Assembly: GCA_002297815.1 (NCBI GenBank)
Contig: DBKH01000101.1
Location: 10,454-74,453, forward strand
Direction: 5' to 3'
Length of the DNA: 64,000 nucleotides
Source of the DNA: Bacteroidales bacterium UBA755
GTDB lineage: Bacteria > Bacteroidota > Bacteroidia > Bacteroidales > UBA932
The translations under genes were made by a program, and so were the position numbers. Numbering within the stretch: the stretch's first letter is position 1; each line of letters begins with the position of its first letter. The notes beneath the pieces were generated by a model. It ran no database searches, was not told the origin of the DNA, and was given only the letters and a program-made list of their open reading frames with translations. Below, piece after piece: positions 49,519 to 59,941 of the stretch.

Positions 49519-52362
49519 ATGTTCTACAAGCTTATAGAAAGGAAAAGAGACGAATGGCTGAAATCCGATGGCTGCACGGTAGGAAATCTTACTCGATATA
49601 TTGAAGAGAAAGGGAAACTTCGCGACGCCCAGATTGAGGCCGTCAAAACGTACTTGTTTCTGAAAATTAAATGTAAGAATAAGCCTCTTTGGCAATTGTT
49701 CTCTTCCGGAATGTTCAACAGTGTTGACCTGAGCGAGACCGAACTCACCCAGAAAACAAGGAGTTTCATGGAAAAGAATTCAGCTGCGCAGGCATTGTAT
49801 GAATATTCATTGCTAAAAGATAGAAACGGTAAGCAGATAGCACCTGAACTTGAGAAAGAGATTCGCTTCAGACCTGAAAGCATCGACTACGAAAGTGTGT
49901 TCAAAAATTTGTTCTATAATGTAAGTTACACTGACTACATTTTCAGTCTTCCGATGGGGGCTGGAAAGACTTTCCTCATGTCAGCGATAATCTACCTGAA
50001 CCTCTACTTTGCACTCAAAGATCCTGATGCTAAAGAAATCGCGCACAACTTCCTGATCTTGGCGCCCTCAGGACTGAAATCCTCTATTGTGCCCAGCCTC
50101 AAACACATCGTTGAGTTTGATCCGACGTGGGTGATTCCTGACCCCGCTGCCTCACAAATCAAAAGAATCATCAGTTTCGAGGTGCTGGATGAATCCAAAA
50201 GCGCCCGAAAAAGCAACATAACCAGGAACCCCAACGCCCGTAAGATCAGTGCGCACCAACCTTTTGACACATTGATGGGACTTGTAGCCGTGACAAATGC
50301 CGAAAAAGTCATACTCAACAAGATGGACAAAGCAGAGGATAGTGGAGTTTTGGACACGATGGACTTGCAGGAAATCAAGCAGGCTAATGAGTTGCGTGAA
50401 ATCATTGGCCGGATTCCAAACCTAGCTGTCATCATAGATGAGGTCCACCATGCGACAGACGGAGAGATCAAGTTGCGCAAGGTCGTGACGGAATGGGGAA
50501 AGCTCAACAGTTTCAACTCAATCCTTGGATTTTCCGGCACACCTTATCTTGAAAAGGCAGAAAATGTGCCTTTGGCCAATGGTTTGTCAATCAAGAACAC
50601 AGACATAACAAACGTTGTCTATCACTATCCATTGATCGAAGGTGTCGGCAATTTCCTCAAACGTCCAGTCATCCGATTTGCCGACAACGAGCAGACGGAA
50701 ATCATTCGGAACGGTGTCACAGACTTCATGAATAGTTACAAAGACACTGAATATCCAAACGGAGCATGCGCCAAATTAGCCATCTACTGTGGCAAGATCG
50801 AAAATTTGGAAGAGGTTGTCTATCCTCTTGTAGCCCAGATTGTGTCCTCTTTTGGACTGAATCCAACAGAGGCGCTCCTGAAATACCATGGCGGCAACAA
50901 GTCCTATCCCGTTCCAGAAGGTTCAGAGGTTTCGTTCTCCACCCTTGACAAGCCATTTTCCAAAGTCAGGGTTGTTCTTCTTGTACAAATAGGCAAAGAA
51001 GGCTGGGACTGCAGAAGCCTCACCGGAGTAATATTACCCCAAAAAGGAGTTTGCCCAACGAATATGGTTCTCCAGACAAGCTGCCGGTGTCTAAGGGAAG
51101 TTCAGCACAATGCTGACGAAACAGCCATAATATGGCTGAATAAATTCAATGCTGACACACTCAACAAGCAGTTGAGACAACTGCAAAACATTACACTTGA
51201 AGAGTTTAGAAAAGCTGGAGAAAAGAGCGGACACATCATCAGAAGAGTTTCAAGAATGGATGTGTTGAAACTTCCGGAAATCAGTTACCATCAGCTCAGG
51301 ATAAGCTACGGCAATGAGGTTGTCCAGAATCAGGCAAACACTCAGGAAAGACTAGAGTCCCCAAACATCCTCGTCAGCGCTGATGCCAGCCTTATTCAGG
51401 AACAAGACCTGACTGGAAAGATATTGGATGTTTACAAGGACAATGAAACCTCTGTCGAGCAAACTACGTTCAACGACTGGATTTACAGGATTCACAAGGA
51501 AAGTTTTGGCGCGCTTACAATCAACGAACTGTATCGGTACCATGGCAGCCTTGAAAAAATCTTCAAAAGGATAACCATCCCTTATGGGGAATATTCAGCA
51601 TTAAGCCCTGAATATGACCATGATGCCATCCGCTCGTTGATAAGGCAGGCTTTCGTCCCATCAAGGACTTTGACCGTCCATGAGGAAATTGTGCCAGAAG
51701 ACGCTAAACTACTTAGAATAGACAACCTTAGCGACATTGTTAACGCATCAGATTCTGACATTTACTATCCGGATGCGGAAGCCGTAGAAGAGATCCTGGC
51801 CGAAGACAAAAAGCCAGCGCCACCGGAGCTCTCTCCCCAGGAGAAAGCCGCCATGGAATTGCTGGCCAAACGAGGCATTGTGATGTCTGATCTTTCAGAA
51901 AAACATCCTGAACGAAACCAGACCTACCACTACCTTCCTTACCATTTTGACAGCGGACTTGAGAAGAGCGTTTTCACGAAAGAGCTTCTTCCCCTCATCA
52001 AAGAGAAGAAAATTGAGGTCTATTTCAACGGGGACGACACTCTGACGGAATTCAAGATCAACTGCTATAGGAAAAGCGGTGAAAAGTGGGAATATCTCGG
52101 CAAATATATTCCTGACTTTCTTATGATTAGCAGAACCACGGAGGGAAATATTCACAAAGTGGCCATCATCGAGACAAAAGGAGAGGGCTTCGCATCGAAG
52201 TTCAACGACCGGAAACACTTCATGGAGAAATATTTCATCCCCATGAACAATTCTGAGTTCGGCTACGACAAGTTCAGGTTTGTTTACCTTGAGGACACTC
52301 TGGACAGGGGAAGCAGACTATCTTTATTGAACAGGACCATCACAGAATTTTTTAAGGATTAA
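49519..52362 (+). CDS. Type III-like restriction subunit (SF2 helicase plus PD-(D/E)XK nuclease)
   Basis: LPMGAGKT, DEVHH, GFSGTP, KEGWD, QTSCRCLR and C-terminal YIPDF..IIETKG; TATCTTTG promoter box at 49491. Confidence 0.85.
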   Translation: MFYKLIERKRDEWLKSDGCTVGNLTRYIEEKGKLRDAQIEAVKTYLFLKIKCKNKPLWQLFSSGMFNSVDLSETELTQKTRSFMEKNSAAQALYEYSLLKDRNGKQIAPELEKEIRFRPESIDYESVFKNLFYNVSYTDYIFSLPMGAGKTFLMSAIIYLNLYFALKDPDAKEIAHNFLILAPSGLKSSIVPSLKHIVEFDPTWVIPDPAASQIKRIISFEVLDESKSARKSNITRNPNARKISAHQPFDTLMGLVAVTNAEKVILNKMDKAEDSGVLDTMDLQEIKQANELREIIGRIPNLAVIIDEVHHATDGEIKLRKVVTEWGKLNSFNSILGFSGTPYLEKAENVPLANGLSIKNTDITNVVYHYPLIEGVGNFLKRPVIRFADNEQTEIIRNGVTDFMNSYKDTEYPNGACAKLAIYCGKIENLEEVVYPLVAQIVSSFGLNPTEALLKYHGGNKSYPVPEGSEVSFSTLDKPFSKVRVVLLVQIGKEGWDCRSLTGVILPQKGVCPTNMVLQTSCRCLREVQHNADETAIIWLNKFNADTLNKQLRQLQNITLEEFRKAGEKSGHIIRRVSRMDVLKLPEISYHQLRISYGNEVVQNQANTQERLESPNILVSADASLIQEQDLTGKILDVYKDNETSVEQTTFNDWIYRIHKESFGALTINELYRYHGSLEKIFKRITIPYGEYSALSPEYDHDAIRSLIRQAFVPSRTLTVHEEIVPEDAKLLRIDNLSDIVNASDSDIYYPDAEAVEEILAEDKKPAPPELSPQEKAAMELLAKRGIVMSDLSEKHPERNQTYHYLPYHFDSGLEKSVFTKELLPLIKEKKIEVYFNGDDTLTEFKINCYRKSGEKWEYLGKYIPDFLMISRTTEGNIHKVAIIETKGEGFASKFNDRKHFMEKYFIPMNNSEFGYDKFRFVYLEDTLDRGSRLSLLNRTITEFFKD

Positions 52363-52374
52363 ACATATCGAGAA

Positions 52375-54489
52375 ATGGCAGTCAAATATATTCCATACTA
52401 CCCGGAACCAATTGAGGGGCAGGCTATTCTTGACAATTTTACAAGAACACGCAGAGCCTTGAAGTACAAAGACAACGGTGAAGTGTTCACGCACATCCAA
52501 CGTGGGATGCCACTGTTTGAGGTTGAAAAGATTGAAGAAGTCGGGAGCAATCCTGATGACAATCTTGTGATAAGAGGAGAATGTCTTTCAGCATGCGCCT
52601 ACCTTAAAGACAAGGGAGAGACCGTGGATCTGGTCTACATTGACCCTCCATTCGCCAGCGGTGCGGACTATTCTAAGAAAGTTTACATCAGACGGAATCC
52701 TCAAGTGGCCATAGCAATAAAAAAAGCCGAGGAACAAATACTTGTGAAAGGTTACCAAATGCAAGAGAACGACATTAGGCATGTCGCCGAACCAGAAGCA
52801 GAATATTCTGAAATTGCTTTGGATGAACTGAAATCCTTCGAAGAGAAGATGTACGGGGACATCTGGGACAAGGAACGTTACCTCAACTGGATGTACGAGA
52901 ATCTGACCGCGATCAAGGCCGTGATGAGTGAGAATGCCAGCATCTACGTGCATCTGGACTGGCACATAGGGCATTACGTGAAGATTCTAATGGATGAGAT
53001 TTTCGGGGAGGAGAATTTCTCTTCTGAAATCATTTGGAAGAGAACCACGTCTCATGCCCAAAAGGAAGGATTCGCTGTTGTTTACGACTCGATTTACGTC
53101 TACACAAAGAACGCAGACGATTACATCTGGCACAGCCAATATACACAGCATTCTGACGAGCATGTAAAGAAGTATTATTCCAATATTGATGAAAACGGAC
53201 GGAAATATGCCCTAGATAATTTAACTGCACCTGGCATTGGAGGAGCGCGCTCATTTTTCGGAAAAACCCTTGATCCACCGGCAGGAACACATTGGAGATA
53301 TTCACAAGAAAACATAGACAAGCTCTGCAAAGAAGGACGAATTGTGATGACCGGCAACAACCGTCCACGCTATAAACGGTATCTTGATGACTTGAAAGGC
53401 AGTGTCATCAGTGCTCTTTGGGATGATATTCCCCCTGTAAATTCTCAGGCGCAGGAAAGAGAGGACTACGCCACTCAGAAGCCGGAGGCGTTGCTGGAAA
53501 GGATCATCAAAGCGAGCAGCGACGAGGGGATGGTCGTAGCAGATTTCTTCGGAGGGAGCGGGGTGACGGCCGCTGTGGCAAACCGCCTCGGAAGACGGTT
53601 CATCCACTGCGACATCAACATAAACAGCATCCAGACAGCAAGAGACAGGCTTAAAGCCGCTGGAGCCGGATTCGATGTACTGGAAGTCAAAGACGGAATA
53701 TCCCTGTTCAGGAACCCAGTCCAGACAATGGACAAACTAAAGAGCTTGATTCATGGATTCAGGGAAGAGGCTGGACTCAACCCTCTTTGGTCTGGAACCA
53801 TAGAGGATCTGGAATCCGGGTGGATGCCTGTACACCTCCCGAATCTCTTGGACAGTTCATCCAGAGTGCTGGACATCAGTGCCATCGCTCCAATCATAAA
53901 GGAAGCCATCCCGGAACTCCCGGATGACACCAAAAAGGTAATCGTTTACTACATTGACATCCATGACCGTCATGAGTTAGAAAAGTACATCAAGGAGAGC
54001 AACAACACTTTGATTGAGGTTGAACTTAGAGATCTGAAAAGAGTTTTGGATGATGTGGTTGCCGAGGACACTGTCAGATTCAACGTCCAAAAGAGCACAG
54101 ATGGTGTTCTGAACATCTGGAAAGTTGACATCCAGTCTTTCCACAGCGACAGAGTCTGGCGGAAGATTGATGAAGTGAACGAGAAGGCAAGGCAGCAGTA
54201 TCTTGTAGAAGTCTCAAAAGGTAAAAACATAGAATTCAATCCTATCCTTCTGAGTGAGGAAGGCTTGGAAGCAATTGAGATGCTGAGTCTTGATTGTACC
54301 TCAGCTGACAAGTCCGCACCTTGGCATAGTGATTCTGAAATCAAGATCGACAGGCTCGGCTACGTGATAAAGAATGGGAAGAAAACCAGTTCTTTCTGGG
54401 ACGGGAGCATAACATCCGATGAACGCCCCTTGCGCCTAAAAATCCGTAACATCTGCGGAGATGAAAGCATTTTTCTGTTTCCCCGGTAA
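52375..54489 (+). CDS. Beta-class N6/N4 DNA methyltransferase (Type III Mod-like)
   Basis: YIDPPF precedes a TRD, then YATQKPEALLERII and DFFGGSG. Confidence 0.92.
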   Translation: MAVKYIPYYPEPIEGQAILDNFTRTRRALKYKDNGEVFTHIQRGMPLFEVEKIEEVGSNPDDNLVIRGECLSACAYLKDKGETVDLVYIDPPFASGADYSKKVYIRRNPQVAIAIKKAEEQILVKGYQMQENDIRHVAEPEAEYSEIALDELKSFEEKMYGDIWDKERYLNWMYENLTAIKAVMSENASIYVHLDWHIGHYVKILMDEIFGEENFSSEIIWKRTTSHAQKEGFAVVYDSIYVYTKNADDYIWHSQYTQHSDEHVKKYYSNIDENGRKYALDNLTAPGIGGARSFFGKTLDPPAGTHWRYSQENIDKLCKEGRIVMTGNNRPRYKRYLDDLKGSVISALWDDIPPVNSQAQEREDYATQKPEALLERIIKASSDEGMVVADFFGGSGVTAAVANRLGRRFIHCDININSIQTARDRLKAAGAGFDVLEVKDGISLFRNPVQTMDKLKSLIHGFREEAGLNPLWSGTIEDLESGWMPVHLPNLLDSSSRVLDISAIAPIIKEAIPELPDDTKKVIVYYIDIHDRHELEKYIKESNNTLIEVELRDLKRVLDDVVAEDTVRFNVQKSTDGVLNIWKVDIQSFHSDRVWRKIDEVNEKARQQYLVEVSKGKNIEFNPILLSEEGLEAIEMLSLDCTSADKSAPWHSDSEIKIDRLGYVIKNGKKTSSFWDGSITSDERPLRLKIRNICGDESIFLFPR

Positions 54490-54497
54490 TCTTTCCA

Positions 54498-54567
54498 GAG
54501 CCACGAAGGGTCTCTAACCTGAATTTTGCACGTTACCAAAATTCAGAACAGAGACCCTTCGTGGCTT
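54498..54567. repeat. Family B 70-bp palindrome, right of the res-mod pair (inverted)
   Basis: Reverse complement matches 49335-49404 at 65 of 70 positions. Confidence 0.9.
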
Positions 54568-54610
54568 ATAAGAGATTATGGAAAATCAACTACTATTCTT
54601 TCTCCGAATT

Positions 54611-56428
54611 TTATATCGGGAGGGTCTTCTGGCGAAGCCAGGCGGCGACTTCCTGGGAGAGGCGTGGGGATAGGGTGCGGTAAACTCGCTCGTTGTAGGC
54701 ATTTAGCCAGTCGATTTCGGAGTGGTCGAGGAGGTCTTTCAGCAGAATAGAGGTGTCGAAATGACAGAGAGTCAGTGGCTCAAAACGAAGCCAGTGGCCG
54801 AAATCATTTTCACCTGCATCGACACAAAGAATAAGGTTCTCGTGACGGATGCCGAATTTGCCTTCCCGGTATATTCCCGGCTCGTCACTGGTGATCATTC
54901 CCGGAAGAATGGCCTGACGGTTGAAGTTCTGGCGAATATCCTGCGGCCCTTCGTGGACATTAAGATAGAAACCGACACCGTGGCCGGTTCCGTGGCCGAA
55001 ATTGCGCTTGGCGTTCCATAGCGGCTCACGGGCCAATACATCCAATTGACAACCAGCGGTTCCTTTTGGGAAAACGGCTTTGGACAAGGCTATATGGCCT
55101 TTCAAGACCAATGTGTAGTCCTCCTTCTCTAGTTGCGAGCAAGGCCCTAGCGGAATAGTTCTGGTGATATCCGTGGTTCCGAACAGGTACTGCCCTCCGG
55201 AATCGCAAAGGTAAAGCCCCTCAGCGTAGATCTCAGCCGAACCCTCCTCAGGCGTAACGTAGTGAGGCAGAGCCGCGTTCGGGCCGTAAGCGGAGATTGT
55301 CTCGAAACTCTCGCCACGGAACCCTTCGATTTCCGAACGAAGCTCGTGCAACTTCAACGAGGCTTCATATTCATTGATCGCATCGCCCGCCTCGACAGAC
55401 GTCTGCAACCAGTGGAGGAAACGCTCCATGGCGATGCCGTCCTCAAGGTGCGCCTCTTTCATTCCAGTGATCTCCACATCGTTTTTGACGGATTTGCGCA
55501 ATCCGACCGGGGAGGTGCCGAAGACGATAGACTGTGGCGAATTGTCCTTCAAAATACTGTACAGATTGTAATTCAAAGTCGTCGGATCAACAAACAGAGT
55601 CTCGATGTAACTGCCGTCCACAAGGTTTGAAAGTGCGGTCTCCACATCAGAATATTCTTGAATGTTCACTCCGTCCGCGATCAGCTCGTGGAAACTGTCC
55701 TCGGTCTCGTCATCCTCATCAGGTGTTGGACCTTTACGTGCAAACCAAAGCACATTGTCTTGAGTGACAAGCAGGTACGACATTACAACAGGATTGTAAG
55801 CCACATCTTGTCCACGGACATTCAGCATCCAGGCAATCTCGTCCAAAGCCGTGAGAAGAATCGCATCGTAGCCTTTTTCCGCCAACCATTTACGCAGCCA
55901 ACGGATTTTCTGCTCCCTTGACCAGCCGACCTGCTCAGGGCCAAGTGTAATGATTGGAGTCTGAGGAATCTCCGGACGGTCTGTCCACAAAACTTCCAGC
56001 ATGTCGGGGACGTTGACAAAACGGACCTTCTCCCCAACCGCTTCCTGAATGTCCCTCACGGAAGAAGCTGTCATGCAAAGCCCATCAACCGCTACGCAGA
56101 CTTCATCAAAATCCGCAAAATGTCCGGCAAGCCATTCAGGAATAAGCACTTGACCAGGAACACGTGTCTTATGCAGCTCAGCTCCAGCCTCCGGAAGCTG
56201 CTTCGAAGCCTGGATGAAATAACGTGTGTCCGTCCAAAGTCCGACATGGTCCTCAGTGATGACCAAATCTCCTTCTCCCGTGTAGCCAGAAAGCCAAGCC
56301 ACCTGATGCCAGCGCGCTGCGGAATATTCACTATTGTGCGGGTCATTCCCCGTCACGATGATGGCATCCCACCCTTTCGAGCGCATCATCGCCCGAACCG
56401 ACTCAATCCTTTCTTTGAATATGCTCAT
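54611..56428 (-). CDS. Aminopeptidase P family (M24) peptidase
   Basis: DPHNSEY, DSGGQY.FGTTDITRT, HGTGHGVG..LNVHEGP, DEPGIY and GIRHEN. Confidence 0.95.
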   Translation of the reverse strand: MSIFKERIESVRAMMRSKGWDAIIVTGNDPHNSEYSAARWHQVAWLSGYTGEGDLVITEDHVGLWTDTRYFIQASKQLPEAGAELHKTRVPGQVLIPEWLAGHFADFDEVCVAVDGLCMTASSVRDIQEAVGEKVRFVNVPDMLEVLWTDRPEIPQTPIITLGPEQVGWSREQKIRWLRKWLAEKGYDAILLTALDEIAWMLNVRGQDVAYNPVVMSYLLVTQDNVLWFARKGPTPDEDDETEDSFHELIADGVNIQEYSDVETALSNLVDGSYIETLFVDPTTLNYNLYSILKDNSPQSIVFGTSPVGLRKSVKNDVEITGMKEAHLEDGIAMERFLHWLQTSVEAGDAINEYEASLKLHELRSEIEGFRGESFETISAYGPNAALPHYVTPEEGSAEIYAEGLYLCDSGGQYLFGTTDITRTIPLGPCSQLEKEDYTLVLKGHIALSKAVFPKGTAGCQLDVLAREPLWNAKRNFGHGTGHGVGFYLNVHEGPQDIRQNFNRQAILPGMITSDEPGIYREGKFGIRHENLILCVDAGENDFGHWLRFEPLTLCHFDTSILLKDLLDHSEIDWLNAYNERVYRTLSPRLSQEVAAWLRQKTLPI

Positions 56429-56685
56429 TGACTCAAATGGATTATTATGAATATGATTCCAAATACCAATCGTTACAAATATATAGTTAAAACTGAAATA
56501 ATCCTACAAACATCAATGTATCTGTTTTTACAAAAAAGTAAAAAAATTGTATCGATTTATACATTTTCGCATTGATATTTGAAAAAAAATAAATATCTTG
56601 TGTCTCTCTTTGGTATAGAATCCGTTTACGCCTGGACTTCTAGAATCCAGAGAAAATAATAATACAACCAATAAAAACGTACTGT

Positions 56686-59600
56686 ATGAACAAAAAAATC
56701 GCAGCAATCCTTGCTTTGCTTTTTCTAAGCGCAGTTGTCGCCTTTTCTCAAAACATACAGGTCAAAGGAACAGTCACCGATGCAAATGGTGACCCCGTAC
56801 CTTTCGCCTCTATTCAGTTGAAAGGCACAAAAACAGGCACCTCCACGGACGAGAACGGCAGTTACACCTTCACCGCTCCGTCCAATGGAACACTAATCTT
56901 CAGTTCCATCGGCTACAGCACCGCAGAAGTTCACATTAATGGGAAACTTGTCGTTGACTGTGTGCTCAACCAAGACACCGACTATCTTGACGACGTTGTC
57001 GTAGTGGCTTACGGTGTAGCGAAGAAAGAATCCATCGTGGGTGCAGTCTCACAGGTAAACTCAAAGGACATAGAGAAACGCTCGACATCCAGTGTGTCTG
57101 CCGTTCTGGAAGGATCAGCCCCTGGTATCCGCGTGAACAACTCCTACGGAGAGCCTGGAAGCGACGCAAGCATCCGGATCAGAGGATTCGGATCCATCAA
57201 CGGAACGAACGCTCCTCTCTACGTGATGGACGGTGTGGTCTATGGCGGCAACATCTCCGACCTGAACCCTCAGGACATCGAGAGCATCTCCGTTCTCAAG
57301 GATGCCTCTTCGGCAGCACTCTACGGAAACCGCGCATCCAACGGTGTCATCCTCATCACTACAAAAAAAGGAAAGGACGGAAAAGTCTCAATGACAGCCA
57401 ACATCAACCAAGGTGTTTACCAGAGAGGTATCCGTGAATATGATTCTATGAACGCTGACGAGTGGATGGAGACTATGTGGACTACCTACCGCAACGGTAT
57501 GATGAGCGACCCGGCTCTCAACAAATCCCTTGAGGAAGCCACGGCTCTGGCACGGAAGGATTTCATTCCTGTTATAGCAAAGTACAACATTTACAACAAA
57601 AGTGACGAGGAATTGTTCGATGCCAACGGAAAACTCACCGGCACCGTCAAGTCTCTGATCGCTGAAGACCTTGACTGGTTCAAGCCGATTGAAAGGCTTG
57701 GCTACAGGCAGGAGTACAACATGAGCGCAAACGCTGCCTCTGAGAAATCAAGTTTTTATCTGTCAGCCGCTTATCTTGATGAGAAAGGTTATGTAAAATC
57801 ATCCGATTTCTCCCGTTTCAACGGACGAGCCAACGTGAGCGTTACACCTCGCAAATGGATCAAGGTCGGAATGAATCTGGCTGGATCGTATCAAGAAAGC
57901 AATTTTACAGACACGGACGGCAATAGTTCCTACATCAATCCGTTCTACTACTCACGCTTCATGGCTCCGATCTATCCTGTTCATCTTCACGATCTCAGTT
58001 CCGAGAAAGGAGACTACATTCTAGACGGAAGTAACAACAAGCAATATGACGATGGCAACAGCCGTGGGCAAAACGAGAACCGCCACATCGCATGGGAACT
58101 TGAGGACAATTTGGCTAAATCCTACCGTACAACACTCAACGGACAGCTCTATGCTGACATTAAGTTCCTCAAGGACTTCACATTCTCCATCAAGGGAGAC
58201 ATGAGCATGCGCAACAACGAGGCTCACACTTACAACAATGCCGTGATAGGTGATGGAGCAGGCAGCAACGGACGCGCCTCACGAACGCTTTATCGTTACT
58301 TGAGCTATACTTTCCAGCAGCAGCTTACCTGGCAACGCGCTTTTGGAGAGCACAATGTGGATGCACTCCTTGGTCATGAGAACTATTATTACCACTACAA
58401 CTATCTCTACAATTACAAAACAAACCAGACATTTCCTGGACAGACCACCCTCAACAACTTCTCAGAAATGACCACGATGACAGACTACTACAATGATGTC
58501 CGCAGTGAGTCCTATCTGGCCCGTGCACGTTACAACTTCGCAAACAAGTACTTCGCTGAAGCATCTTTCAGACGTGACGGTTCGTCAAGATTCCATCCTG
58601 ATCACCGTTGGGGTAACTTCTGGTCAGTGGGAGGCAGCTGGGTTCTCTCAAATGAAGACTTCATCAAGGCTATTCCTCAAATCAACTCACTGAAATTCAG
58701 AGCATCTTATGGAGAGGTAGGAAATGACCAAGGTGTCGGATACTACGCCTACATGGCACTTTATGCTATGGTTCAGAACGGAGGTAAGGGTGGAGCCTAC
58801 AAGTCCCAGAATGATGCCACCAACATCAAGTGGGAAACAGCCGCCTCCTGGAGCGCTGCTCTTGAAGGCCGCTTCTTCGACCGCTGGAATGTGTCTCTTG
58901 AATATTACGACAAACGTACCCGTGACCTTCTGTTCAGTGTCTATCAGCCACTTTCCGCAGGTGCTACATCCACTAGTTCCGCTGTTTCCACAATCACACA
59001 GAATCTTGGTTCAGTTTCCAACAGAGGTATAGAGATCGCCACTGATGTCGACGTGATCCGCACGAAGGATTTCAAGTGGAACCTTAATATGAACGCGACC
59101 ATCGAAAGGAACAAAATCATCACTCTTCCTGAACAGAACAGGGAAGAAGGAATACTTTCTGGAAACTATAAATATGCCGAAGGGCACAGCATGTACGAAT
59201 TCTTCACCTATCAGTTTGAAGGAGTGGACATGATGACCGGACGTTGCCTCTATAAGATTGACGAAGAGGCTTTCTACGTAGGTATACCAGCTGAAGGTGA
59301 GACTAGAAAACAGCTCCCAGAAGAACATCATGTCAACATCAACGGCAAGGACTACACTACTTATGTGACCTATGCCAAGAGAGACTGGAGTGGTTGCGCC
59401 CTTCCTAAGATCTATGGCAGTTTCGGGACCTCGTTCAGCTACAAAAATTTCTCTCTCTCCGCCCTCTTTACATACTCTTTGGGCGGCAAGATGTACGACA
59501 GTTCCTACGCTTCTCTGATGTCCGCAAGCACAAACGTTCATCAACTTCATAGAGACCTGCTCGGATCATGGACAGCGGCTCCTTCAGGAATGACAGAGAC

Positions 59601-59919
59601 ATCCTCAGACCGCATCAATCCTGACGCTCTTCCTGGACTCAATTCTTACTACAACCAGTATAACTCATCCATGTCAACCCGTTGGCTTCATAGTTCAAAT
59701 TATCTGGTGTTCAAGAACCTCACCGTGTCTTACAACATTCCTTCAAGAATTACTCGCATGATTGATATCGCTGGCGCCTCAGTAAACTTCAGTGCTGAAA
59801 ACCTCTTCACTTTGACAGCACTAAGAGGAATGAACCCTCAACAAAACTTCACCGGCAGCAGCAGCAACGTGTTCACAACCGCGCGTGTCTTCTCGTTGGG
59901 ACTCAACATCAGACTGTAA
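56686..59919 (+). CDS. SusC/RagA TonB-dependent transporter
   Basis: VVVVAYG, IRIRG.GSING.NAPLYV.DG and DIESISVLKDASSAALYG.RASNGVILITTKKG. Confidence 0.96.
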   Translation: MNKKIAAILALLFLSAVVAFSQNIQVKGTVTDANGDPVPFASIQLKGTKTGTSTDENGSYTFTAPSNGTLIFSSIGYSTAEVHINGKLVVDCVLNQDTDYLDDVVVVAYGVAKKESIVGAVSQVNSKDIEKRSTSSVSAVLEGSAPGIRVNNSYGEPGSDASIRIRGFGSINGTNAPLYVMDGVVYGGNISDLNPQDIESISVLKDASSAALYGNRASNGVILITTKKGKDGKVSMTANINQGVYQRGIREYDSMNADEWMETMWTTYRNGMMSDPALNKSLEEATALARKDFIPVIAKYNIYNKSDEELFDANGKLTGTVKSLIAEDLDWFKPIERLGYRQEYNMSANAASEKSSFYLSAAYLDEKGYVKSSDFSRFNGRANVSVTPRKWIKVGMNLAGSYQESNFTDTDGNSSYINPFYYSRFMAPIYPVHLHDLSSEKGDYILDGSNNKQYDDGNSRGQNENRHIAWELEDNLAKSYRTTLNGQLYADIKFLKDFTFSIKGDMSMRNNEAHTYNNAVIGDGAGSNGRASRTLYRYLSYTFQQQLTWQRAFGEHNVDALLGHENYYYHYNYLYNYKTNQTFPGQTTLNNFSEMTTMTDYYNDVRSESYLARARYNFANKYFAEASFRRDGSSRFHPDHRWGNFWSVGGSWVLSNEDFIKAIPQINSLKFRASYGEVGNDQGVGYYAYMALYAMVQNGGKGGAYKSQNDATNIKWETAASWSAALEGRFFDRWNVSLEYYDKRTRDLLFSVYQPLSAGATSTSSAVSTITQNLGSVSNRGIEIATDVDVIRTKDFKWNLNMNATIERNKIITLPEQNREEGILSGNYKYAEGHSMYEFFTYQFEGVDMMTGRCLYKIDEEAFYVGIPAEGETRKQLPEEHHVNINGKDYTTYVTYAKRDWSGCALPKIYGSFGTSFSYKNFSLSALFTYSLGGKMYDSSYASLMSASTNVHQLHRDLLGSWTAAPSGMTETSSDRINPDALPGLNSYYNQYNSSMSTRWLHSSNYLVFKNLTVSYNIPSRITRMIDIAGASVNFSAENLFTLTALRGMNPQQNFTGSSSNVFTTARVFSLGLNIRL

Positions 59920-59941
59920 AAAGCTTTAAATCACGGACAAA

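Noticed and set aside
52783..52806. VAEPEAEY in Mod as another family C insertion
   Set aside because: The DNA (gtcgccgaaccagaagca) does not match the ggtcgctgagcctgtcgaag unit; the resemblance is only at peptide level.
52375..54489. Phase-variable mod gene
   Set aside because: No simple-sequence repeat tract seen in the ORF or its upstream region.
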